Below the pieces are notes generated by a model. That model worked only from the letters and a program-made list of their open reading frames with translations, searched no databases and was not told the origin of the DNA. The position numbers and the translations under genes were made by a program. A stretch of DNA of 53,457 nucleotides, taken from IMG/VR virus record IMGVR_UViG_3300017971_000064; one strand, 5' to 3'. How positions within the stretch are numbered: the first letter of the stretch is position 1; the number at the start of each line of letters is the position of its first letter. This DNA comes from a virus. Below, piece by piece: positions 1-6,816 of this stretch.

Positions 1-123
1 AAAATGAGATCGACGATTTAGTTGATTCTAAGTCTTAGGCTTATTGTGATTGATAGGTTATATACGGTTATAAAGGTGCGTTTTAAGACTGTGAAATATG
101 CGGTTAAGATGAGCACAGTTAAA
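1..123. repeat. Terminal direct repeat copy A, identical to 53335..53457; implies a closed circular or terminally redundant genome of 53,334 unique bp
   Basis: Compared base by base: the first 123 nt equal the last 123 nt. Bases 1..38 duplicate the 3' end (ENEIDDLVDSKS stop) of the CDS ending at 53372. Confidence 0.95.
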
Positions 124-144
124 AGTCGGTTTTACGCTAAGTGT

Positions 145-172
145 TTGACGGTTAGGGTAGGGCAGGTAGCAT
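145..172 (+). promoter_or_regulatory. Possible sigma70 promoter, TTGACG-16 nt-TAGCAT
   Basis: -35 at 145..150 and -10 at 167..172, in the 228-nt non-coding gap upstream of the CDS at 267. No extended -10 TG, so weaker than the other promoters in this genome. Confidence 0.3.
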
Positions 173-266
173 GGCATGTGTTGTTTTGGCGAAAAGGTTG
201 AGCCTGGTTTATAGCATGCGTGCGCTATTTTTGAGAGGATAGTTTCGGATTTAAAAGGAGACCAAT

Positions 267-548
267 GTGAGTGAGTTTAAGACAGATAGACAGGGAGCAA
301 AGATTAGGACCTACGAATTTTCTAAGATGTATGTAAATATTGCGGAGGTTCAGTGTATAGAATCGTCGACTGATCAGAGTTGTTATATCCATCTAAAGAG
401 CGGTGATTATTATGAGGTTATCGGAGACTCGGTTACTGTGATGGAGAGCATGCGCGAGGCTTTTGGAGACGGTACGCGATTGGCGTTTTACGGGGCTGAG
501 GCTATCGTTAGCCACTTTGACCGTGATGTTAGGGCGGAGAAGGAGTAG
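267..548 (+). CDS. Hypothetical early protein (93 aa)
   Basis: GTG start with AAGGAG 6 nt upstream (255..260). No recognisable motif. Confidence 0.6.
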   Translation: MSEFKTDRQGAKIRTYEFSKMYVNIAEVQCIESSTDQSCYIHLKSGDYYEVIGDSVTVMESMREAFGDGTRLAFYGAEAIVSHFDRDVRAEKE

Positions 549-551
549 AAT

Positions 552-665
552 ATGAGTTTTTGGGAAATAGTATTGTTGTTAGCGATTATATTTGGAATCA
601 TAGGTTGTGATGTTAACCTGGGTCCTGATGTAGATACGTCTTCGGGAATATCGTATGAAAATTGA
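552..665 (+). CDS. Tiny lipoprotein-like peptide (37 aa, MSFWEIVLLLAIIFGIIGC...)
   Basis: ATG 3 nt after the previous stop. Hydrophobic N-terminus ends in an I-I-G-C lipobox-like motif. Not in the ORF track (under 60 aa). Its 3' end overlaps the next start by 11 nt. Confidence 0.4.
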   Translation: MSFWEIVLLLAIIFGIIGCDVNLGPDVDTSSGISYEN

Positions 666-909
666 GATAATACCGGTTGAGAATGGTTATATCCTTACTC
701 AGACTCGTGAGGGTGTGGTTAGCAGCATGGTGTTTGAGGATGAAGGGTCCGAAATTAGTTCGGCTAGAAGTCTTTTACAGCATATGCTGTATGTGCTAGG
801 TAAGGACGGGAGTAGGCATGATGAGGAACGGTTGTACGTTATTGCTGCACCTGGAGATAAGCATGTTGCCTTTACCCGAGAGCATTCGGACGTGATTTAT
901 GGCAGATAG
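655..909 (+). CDS. Hypothetical early protein (84 aa)
   Basis: ORF packed in a co-directional operon. No motif recognised. Confidence 0.55.
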   Translation: MKIEIIPVENGYILTQTREGVVSSMVFEDEGSEISSARSLLQHMLYVLGKDGSRHDEERLYVIAAPGDKHVAFTREHSDVIYGR

Positions 910-1120
910 AGATGTTACGAATCAGATACGCTTTATGTTGAAGACAAGTTTTGCTTGGTCAGATGATAAGGTAGAAGCATGGTTTAGTAAGCCTTGTTTG
1001 ATATTAGGCGAATGTGTGTGGGGCGGAAAGTGGGAAACTAACCAGGATATTATTGATATAGGTCGTGGGGAGGAGCTTTTGCAGCTTATTTACGAGTGCT
1101 TAGGAAATGGCAATTATTAG
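899..1120 (+). CDS. Hypothetical early protein, paralog family sharing the C-terminal module ...IIDxGRGEELLQxxYECLGNxNY
   Basis: The last ~25 aa and the underlying DNA (about 1040..1120) are repeated at 52260..52340. Confidence 0.6.
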   Translation: MADRDVTNQIRFMLKTSFAWSDDKVEAWFSKPCLILGECVWGGKWETNQDIIDIGRGEELLQLIYECLGNGNY

Positions 1121-1123
1121 GAC

Positions 1124-1152
1124 TTGACAAGGCTTGTTTGGCGTGTTAAGAT
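1124..1152 (+). promoter_or_regulatory. Sigma70 promoter with extended -10: TTGACA-17 nt-(TGT)TAAGAT
   Basis: -35 at 1124..1129, -10 at 1147..1152 with TG at -15/-14. It lies in the motif TTAGGACTTGAC, which recurs at 51566 and 52866. Confidence 0.7.
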
Positions 1153-1185
1153 TAGTTATTAGCATAATATCTGTAGGAGGGTAGC

Positions 1186-1521
1186 ATGTTTTACGATCCT
1201 GAAAGCCCGTATTACCAGTGGCAGTGTATCGAGGAATACTTTGCATTTAGTGTACATAAAATATTTTTAGAATTTATAAGATCATACGATAAATATTCAG
1301 ATGGAACTCCGGCTGAGGACTTACTAATATCATTGTTTAATGAGGACGATGACGTGCCTCCTTATGCTGCTATAGGGCTATTAGATGCTTTTAAGTGTTA
1401 TAGTGTAGAGGAGTTTCTACCGCACTTTTTAGAGCTGAAAGGGTTTGATAAGGAAATCTGGGATTACTACTGGGAGCACGGTCTGGATGAGCAGTTTAAG
1501 CCTGAATACTGTATTAATTAG
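1186..1521 (+). CDS. Hypothetical early protein (111 aa), N-terminal module MxYDP(E/D)SxYY..QC shared with the CDS at 52723
   Basis: GGAGG RBS upstream. The 5' UTR plus first ~25 codons (1155..1260) are repeated at 52691..52790. Confidence 0.6.
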   Translation: MFYDPESPYYQWQCIEEYFAFSVHKIFLEFIRSYDKYSDGTPAEDLLISLFNEDDDVPPYAAIGLLDAFKCYSVEEFLPHFLELKGFDKEIWDYYWEHGLDEQFKPEYCIN

Positions 1522-1579
1522 TCTGCCTTTTTTGTTAATATGGGTAGCTTTATCAACAATATTTATAGGAGCAGTGTAT

Positions 1580-1771
1580 ATGACTATAGCAAATTTAAGT
1601 AAACAAAAGTTTTTTTCTTCGTGGCAATATCGGATGAAGGTGCAAAAAGAGCTCGGAAAAATGCCCGGGGGAAGGTATAAGGAACTTAAGAAATTATTTT
1701 ATAATTTTAGAGCTGACTCTTCTGTTCCCTTTGGGAAGGTTTTGCCTTTTAAGAAAAAGGAGACTAAATAA
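1580..1771 (+). CDS. Hypothetical basic protein (63 aa); start uncertain (the ORF track opens at 1445)
   Basis: ATG at 1580 has AGGAG 8 nt upstream. The longer 1445 start would overlap the previous CDS by 77 nt. Confidence 0.4.
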   Translation: MTIANLSKQKFFSSWQYRMKVQKELGKMPGGRYKELKKLFYNFRADSSVPFGKVLPFKKKETK

Positions 1772-1962
1772 TGTTTATTTTATTGTCTATTGCTTTAAGA
1801 GCATGCGTGGCGGTGTCTATATATCATCATGCTCCGTATCTTGGTCTAGCATGTGGGTTCTATTACTTACACGAAGTGTATCTACAACATATTACCTATA
1901 TTAGACAGGTAGAGTACTTAAAAAGTATAAAGGATAAGTTTACTAAGATGGATAAAGATTAG
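1771..1962 (+). CDS. Small membrane protein (63 aa, two hydrophobic segments)
   Basis: ATG overlaps the previous stop (TAATG). Hydrophobic stretches FILLSIALRACVAVSI and LGLACGFYYL. Confidence 0.5.
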   Translation: MFILLSIALRACVAVSIYHHAPYLGLACGFYYLHEVYLQHITYIRQVEYLKSIKDKFTKMDKD

Positions 1963-1963
1963 C

Positions 1964-2155
1964 ATGATGTTTATTTTACTACACAAAACTGCAGACGTTT
2001 GGATATTTAGTAGAGGTTTAGAAGATTTAGTTGTTATAAAAAAGATTTATGGAGGATGGGGAGTGAAGATAGACGGTGTTTTAGTCTATTTCGATACTTT
2101 GCTAGATGCGCTGCTAACTTTTTCCCTGCAGTTTTCAGAAAGGATTGTTCATTGA
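1964..2155 (+). CDS. Hypothetical protein (63 aa)
   Basis: Starts 2 nt after the previous stop. No motif recognised. Confidence 0.45.
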   Translation: MMFILLHKTADVWIFSRGLEDLVVIKKIYGGWGVKIDGVLVYFDTLLDALLTFSLQFSERIVH

Positions 2156-2285
2156 GGGTTATAATATGGCGTTCAAGGCGTTTTGCAGTTCTACCCGACT
2201 CTAGGTATGGGTCTTGGTGTCAAAATGGCTACACGGATCTATTAGGGGCTTTAAATGGGATTTTATTTTATCTGTGTCAAAGTAT

Positions 2286-2560
2286 AAGCCGCATTGCTAG
2301 CCGCAGTTCGTTCAACAACAATAAATATTTAGAATTATTGCAAGCCGCAGAAGCCGCAGGGGTTTTCTTAAGTCCAGAAAAACGGCTTTGTAAAAAATGT
2401 ATATATAAGGTAGAAAAATATAATATAGCGGCTCCCTGTTATGGGCTCTGTGGCTGCCCGACTTGGAAAAAAGCTGCGGCTTCTGCGGCTATGAACAATA
2501 TTAAATACTTAAGTGTGTTTTTTAGCTGCGGCTTGGGGGTGCGCCGGGCTGAAGCCGCAG
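2286..2560. repeat. Iteron cluster: 9-mer AAGCCGCAG and its complement CTGCGGCTT, at least 8 copies in both orientations flanking an AT-rich core; candidate replication origin
   Basis: Forward copies at 2286 (8/9), 2298 (8/9), 2342, 2351 and 2552. Reverse copies at 2474, 2483 (8/9) and 2526. The tandem pair 2342..2359 is an inverted repeat of 2474..2491 across an AT-rich spacer (aaaaatgtatatataaggtagaaaaatataatata). The cluster sits just upstream of the primase-polymerase gene. Confidence 0.6.
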
Positions 2561-2570
2561 CTGTTTTTTG
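2524..2570 (+). terminator. Terminator-like hairpin made from two inverted iterons, followed by a T-run
   Basis: AGCTGCGGCTT (2524..2534) pairs with AAGCCGCAGCT (2552..2562) across a 17-nt loop, then TTTTTT at 2564..2569. It could equally be an origin structure. Confidence 0.4.
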
Positions 2571-2600
2571 CTGTTTTTAAATAAGATTTGTGGAGACATT

Positions 2601-3545
2601 ATGAACTTAGTTAATTTTTATGAAATGCTTTTTGATCCTGACGAATACACTACTGTGGGTAATATGTTTGAAAATAAAGTTTGTTTAGTCCACGGTGAGC
2701 ATAGGGCTGGCGAGTTCTTTTGCATTAATCCGTTAGATGGTGCTAGAGATCACGGGTTTTTTGTAAACGAAAAATATTCAGAGGAAATTCCTCGACGTGC
2801 AGACTTGAATGTTATTAAATATAGAAATTTTTTATTTGAGATAGATTGTCTTAGTTTAGAGGATCAATTAAAATTATTTAGCGCTTCTGGAATTCCGTTT
2901 ACTACTTTGGTTTATTCCGGAGGAAAATCTTATCATGCTATACTATCGCTAGCTGAGCCTTTGGATCTAGAGCCTCATTTGCCAGAATCTGTAGCTGCTT
3001 ACAAGCATGTGTGGAAACGATTGGCTGCTAAGATTGACCTAGCTGGGAGAAAGTTAGGTTTTGAGTATTCTGTTGGAGAGAGTTCTTTTGTCGATCCTGC
3101 TTGTAAGAACCCTTCTAGATTTAGTAGGCGTCCTGGGGAGCAGGGGGAAGGTAGGAAGTTGCAGGAATTGCTGTTTATTAAAAATCGAATAAGTGCGGAT
3201 AACTTCGTTTCTTTATTGTCGAGTTGTCCCGAAGTATTTGAGGCTAAAAAAGTTGAATTTGCCAAACCCGTTCAAGAAATATATACTGTAGACCAGTTGA
3301 GAGCTGCTCTTCCTGTTGGGCTTAGACGTTTTTTTGAAGACGTTGAGTGGGCAGCGCCAGCTGGGTTGTATTCTTTAATTTATAAAAACGTTTTATGGGC
3401 TATAGATGAGACGGGCGTTTCTAAGGAACTTTTGAGTAATTATTTGGAAAAATATACTTTTCCTATATTAGTAGCTTCTGGGTATCCAGCACATAAGATT
3501 ATGGTTCCTGTAGAGCATGCTTACGGCTACAAGAGGAGGGCATAG
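2601..3545 (+). CDS. Archaeo-eukaryotic-type (AEP) DNA primase-polymerase
   Basis: AEP-like motifs: FLFEID (acidic motif I), YSGGKSYHA (motif II sGxxxH), VDPACKNPSRFSRRPG (motif III). ATG at 2601 has GGAG 5 nt upstream; the ORF-track TTG start at 2568 lies inside the hairpin. Directly upstream of the helicase. Confidence 0.7.
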   Translation: MNLVNFYEMLFDPDEYTTVGNMFENKVCLVHGEHRAGEFFCINPLDGARDHGFFVNEKYSEEIPRRADLNVIKYRNFLFEIDCLSLEDQLKLFSASGIPFTTLVYSGGKSYHAILSLAEPLDLEPHLPESVAAYKHVWKRLAAKIDLAGRKLGFEYSVGESSFVDPACKNPSRFSRRPGEQGEGRKLQELLFIKNRISADNFVSLLSSCPEVFEAKKVEFAKPVQEIYTVDQLRAALPVGLRRFFEDVEWAAPAGLYSLIYKNVLWAIDETGVSKELLSNYLEKYTFPILVASGYPAHKIMVPVEHAYGYKRRA

Positions 3546-4918
3546 TGTCGGCGCATTTTGCTGTTAAAAAGTCAATAAAAAAGCTTATCCGATTTGGGCT
3601 GAACAAAGAACAAATTTTATCTTCTTTAAAATCTAGCCCGGAGTGTAAAGATATTCGAGAACCTATTTTGGCGGCTTTAGTATCTCAAACTTGTTCTGAA
3701 TATCCTGACTACGAGAGCATCCAGGAGTTGCTCCGCTCTAAAATAATTATCGATAGGATGGCGGAAGATAATCATATTATCTTGGTGGATCCTTTACGTA
3801 GAACGGTAGAAAAATACGATAAGAGTCGGGCTTTTCAAATGTTAGATCCTAAGGTAGACCTTAGAGATCGTATTTATACTTGTAAGTTAGACTATAATCC
3901 TCTAAAATCTTCTTTTCTTTATAGAGAAAATAGGGTTTGGAAATATAATAACTACGTTCCTCCTGAATGGAAGCGGGATCATTTTTATAGCTGTGGCGAA
4001 GTTCCTGTAGTAAAAACTTCTGAGATTCCTTCTTTATATCGTAAGTTTCTAATGCATTTAGTAAATAATCATGTTGGATCTTTTAATTATATATTAGACT
4101 GGTTGGCTAATGCTATACAAGCTAGGAATTACTGTATTCTTACTACTATTGGAAAGCAAGGTATCGGTAAGGGAATGCTCGGTGAGATTATGAAGCTTAT
4201 AGTAGGCAACGAGAACTATGCTAAGACGGATAATCGACTTTTGGATAAAGAGTTCAACTCTCAGATTAATAACAAGGTAATTGTTTATTTGGATGAGATT
4301 GAGGTCAGGAAAACTTCGCAAGAGAATAAGTTAAAAGACTTAATAAATAATCATATCGAGGTTGAGAAGAAGGGCGTTGATGCTAAAATGACTAAAAATT
4401 ATGCTAGTTTTTATCTTTCTTCTAATAACTTAGATGCTATAAAGATTCCTGCTGACGACCGTCGATTTTCTATAGTAGAGTTAACTTCTTCTAAGCTATA
4501 TACTGTTATGACTTCGGCTGAGATTTCTTCTCTGTTGGATCCGAGCAATGTGGCGGAATTTGCTAGATTTTTATATTATAGAAAAGTGGATCCTGAAAAG
4601 ATGCTCCGAGTTTTTAAAACTACTAGATCGATAGAGCTTAGATTAAATAATTTAAAAGGCTGGCAAGAGTGGTTTATTGAAGATTACTGTTTTGATCATG
4701 CTGGAGAGGATATTCTTATCGACGACGTTAAGCAAATTATACAGGAGAAATTTGGTTTTTCTATTGCTCCCGGGAGACCTGCATTTCAGAAACTGGAGAC
4801 GCTGTTTCCGGAAAGATTTAGGGTTAAGTCTCGAAAGTTTGAGGATCGGGAAAACCCAGATAAGAAGAAAACTAGATATTTTTTACAGATTCAGCCCTGG
4901 GAGGACTTAAATGTGTGA
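3545..4918 (+). CDS. SF3 (D5/P4-type) replicative helicase / NTPase
   Basis: Walker A GKQGIGKG and Walker B VIVYLDEIE, with downstream SSNN and DRRF motifs typical of P4/D5-family primase-associated NTPases. The GTG start overlaps the primase stop. Confidence 0.8.
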   Translation: MSAHFAVKKSIKKLIRFGLNKEQILSSLKSSPECKDIREPILAALVSQTCSEYPDYESIQELLRSKIIIDRMAEDNHIILVDPLRRTVEKYDKSRAFQMLDPKVDLRDRIYTCKLDYNPLKSSFLYRENRVWKYNNYVPPEWKRDHFYSCGEVPVVKTSEIPSLYRKFLMHLVNNHVGSFNYILDWLANAIQARNYCILTTIGKQGIGKGMLGEIMKLIVGNENYAKTDNRLLDKEFNSQINNKVIVYLDEIEVRKTSQENKLKDLINNHIEVEKKGVDAKMTKNYASFYLSSNNLDAIKIPADDRRFSIVELTSSKLYTVMTSAEISSLLDPSNVAEFARFLYYRKVDPEKMLRVFKTTRSIELRLNNLKGWQEWFIEDYCFDHAGEDILIDDVKQIIQEKFGFSIAPGRPAFQKLETLFPERFRVKSRKFEDRENPDKKKTRYFLQIQPWEDLNV

Positions 4919-5093
4919 CAATAAATGCGAATCTTGCGGAAAGGATTCTGAAGAGTTAGTGACTAGATTGGGATTTAAACAAACTTTTTGGTGCGAGTTT
5001 GTTTGTACCGATTGTTTTTTTGAAAAAGAAGGGAAGACTTTTGAGGAGTACTCTGCTTCTGACTATTATGGAGAACTAAATGAACAAGCTTAA
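4911..5093 (+). CDS. Small zinc-ribbon protein (60 aa)
   Basis: Two Cys pairs, CESCG and CTDC. Overlaps both neighbours (operon coupling). Confidence 0.6.
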   Translation: MCDNKCESCGKDSEELVTRLGFKQTFWCEFVCTDCFFEKEGKTFEEYSASDYYGELNEQA

Positions 5094-5892
5094 GCCTGGG
5101 TTAAATGACATTTCTAACTCTGATTACCATGCGGATAAAAGTTACTTGAGCTCAACTAGCTTAAAAAAACTTTTGAAAGATCCCGAGGTTTTTTATAAGG
5201 AACATTTTCTCGGTGAAGGAGAGAATAAGTCTAGTAATGCTTTTGACGAAGGAAGCTATGCACATACTCTTATTTTAGAGCCTCATATGGTAAAGGAAGA
5301 GTACGCTTTCTTTGAGGGCTGGCGGAAATACGGGAAGGATTGGGATGCTTTTTTGACTAAGCATGGTGATTCTGGAAAAATATTGCTTTCTAAGCCTCAA
5401 AGAGTTCGTGTTGAAAAACTTATAGATGTATATGATCAAATGGAGGTTGCCAAAGAGCTTATTTCTGGAGGATTTCCTGAGCAAACTGTAGCTGGTACTC
5501 TGTCTGACGTTCCTATTAAAGTTCGTGCTGACTATATTAATGTCGATAGGGGTTATATTGCGGATGTTAAGACTACTGGCAGAGCTGGTGATTTAGATTC
5601 GTTTAAATATACTATTTCGGACTATTCTTATCAGTTATCCGGTGCTTTGTATAGCATGATGTTTGAGAAATTTTACGGTAAGCCTTTCGATTTTTACTTC
5701 ATCGTTCTTTCTAAAAAGGAAGTCACTTGCGATGTTTATAAGATGAGTTCTGATACTATGGCGGAAGGTAAAGCTATGGTTATTGAAGGACTTTCTCTCT
5801 ATAAAAAATGTTTAAAGACTGGTCTCTGGACATCTAGAAAAAAATGTGCTAATATGGCTTTAAATGATAAATATGAGATTGAGGAGGTATGA
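5080..5892 (+). CDS. PD-(D/E)XK exonuclease (RecE / exonuclease VIII-like recombination nuclease)
   Basis: N-terminal ISNSDYHADKSYLSSTSLKKLL signature and RADYIN..GYIADVKT (D...D-x-K) catalytic core, as I recall for the PDDEXK DUF3799 / exonuclease VIII-like family. Confidence 0.7.
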   Translation: MNKLKPGLNDISNSDYHADKSYLSSTSLKKLLKDPEVFYKEHFLGEGENKSSNAFDEGSYAHTLILEPHMVKEEYAFFEGWRKYGKDWDAFLTKHGDSGKILLSKPQRVRVEKLIDVYDQMEVAKELISGGFPEQTVAGTLSDVPIKVRADYINVDRGYIADVKTTGRAGDLDSFKYTISDYSYQLSGALYSMMFEKFYGKPFDFYFIVLSKKEVTCDVYKMSSDTMAEGKAMVIEGLSLYKKCLKTGLWTSRKKCANMALNDKYEIEEV

Positions 5893-6233
5893 TGAAAGTT
5901 GATGGAAGCGGTCTTCGAGATAATAAAGGTAAGGTTCCTTTAGAGTTAGTTCCTCCTAGTTTAGTATTTGCGGTTGGGGAAGTTTTGAAGGTTGGTGCAG
6001 CTAAATACGCTCCTAGAAATTGGGAGTCGGGGATGCCTTGGTCTACTGTTTCTGGATGCGCTTTAAGACATTTTTTTAAGTGGCTATCTCCACTTCACTC
6101 TGATCTAGATGAGGAGACGGGGCTCAATCATTTGTGGCATGTTGCTTGTAATATTGCCATGTTGATTGAATATGATTATACTTGTAAAGATTTAGACGAT
6201 AGACCTAAATATGATCTAGGCGATGGTGCCTAA
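5889..6233 (+). CDS. Stand-alone DUF5664-like domain protein (N-terminal domain of dATP/dGTP diphosphohydrolases)
   Basis: Motif DNKGKVPLELVPPSL...VLKVGAAKYAPRNWESG matches my recollection of that family. There is no attached MazG/DUF550-like catalytic half. Confidence 0.5.
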   Translation: MMKVDGSGLRDNKGKVPLELVPPSLVFAVGEVLKVGAAKYAPRNWESGMPWSTVSGCALRHFFKWLSPLHSDLDEETGLNHLWHVACNIAMLIEYDYTCKDLDDRPKYDLGDGA

Positions 6234-6252
6234 TTTACTTAAAGGAGTTTTT

Positions 6253-6603
6253 ATGACAGATAAGACTTTTGTGCGTCCTGGTCAAGAAAGTCAGCCTAAC
6301 ATTTCTTTTGTTAGACCTGCTGAATTGGCTAAAGAGGGCATTACTGGAGTTATTGTGGAGGGCGAATTTGTAGAGTCTCTGCCTAATCATTTTGATGAGG
6401 AAAAGAGCGACTATAAATTTGTTAGAGAAAATGGCGATGTGGTAGTTATCAACCATACAGGATCTTTGGCTTACAGGATGAAGAAAGTGTCCCCTGGGGA
6501 CTTTTGTCAAGTATCTTATAATGGTAAAACTACTATTGAGAACGGAAAGATGAAGGGCAAGCAGGCTCATGATTTTGAAGTTCTAGTTGCTAGAGAAATG
6601 TAA
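6253..6603 (+). CDS. Hypothetical replication-module protein (116 aa), possible OB-fold or ssDNA-binding role
   Basis: ATG at 6253 has AAAGGAG upstream. It sits between the nuclease and the DNA polymerase and is followed by a strong terminator. Function is inferred only from position. Confidence 0.5.
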   Translation: MTDKTFVRPGQESQPNISFVRPAELAKEGITGVIVEGEFVESLPNHFDEEKSDYKFVRENGDVVVINHTGSLAYRMKKVSPGDFCQVSYNGKTTIENGKMKGKQAHDFEVLVAREM

Positions 6604-6606
6604 TCT

Positions 6607-6638
6607 AAATAGGGAGGCAGAATTGTCTCCCTATTTTA
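6607..6638 (+). terminator. Rho-independent terminator
   Basis: A 10-bp stem, AAATAGGGAG (6607..6616) with CTCCCTATTT (6627..6636), and a 10-nt loop, running into T residues. Confidence 0.65.
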
Positions 6639-6654
6639 CCTGTTGGAGGGTACC

Positions 6655-6816
6655 ATGCGTGTTTTATTAATTTTGCTATTATTGTCATCTTGTAGTAGTC
6701 CCAGTACCTATCGAGAGTTTGCTAGAGAATGCCATTCTTATTATCTAGATAAGGGTTTGACGGCAGATCAAGTTCTAAAACTTTGTTTTGCTGAAAAAAG
6801 TAGGGAAAACAAATGA
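6655..6816 (+). CDS. Small lipoprotein (53 aa, MRVLLILLLLSSC...)
   Basis: Canonical signal: basic N-terminus, Leu-rich core, L-S-S-C lipobox. GGAGG RBS upstream. ATGA overlap with the polymerase start. Not in the ORF track. Confidence 0.6.
   Translation: MRVLLILLLLSSCSSPSTYREFARECHSYYLDKGLTADQVLKLCFAEKSRENK

Noticed and set aside
2286-2560. Possible CRISPR array (short repeats)
   Set aside because: The repeats are only 9 nt, occur in both orientations with irregular spacing (0 to about 115 nt), and no cas genes are present.
2056-2580. 174-aa ORF in the ORF track covering the iteron region
   Set aside because: Cys/Arg/Phe-rich nonsense-like sequence with no RBS. Its reading frame is built from the repeated GCCGCAG / CTGCGGC motifs and it ends in a hairpin. 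Better explained as a non-coding origin or regulatory region.
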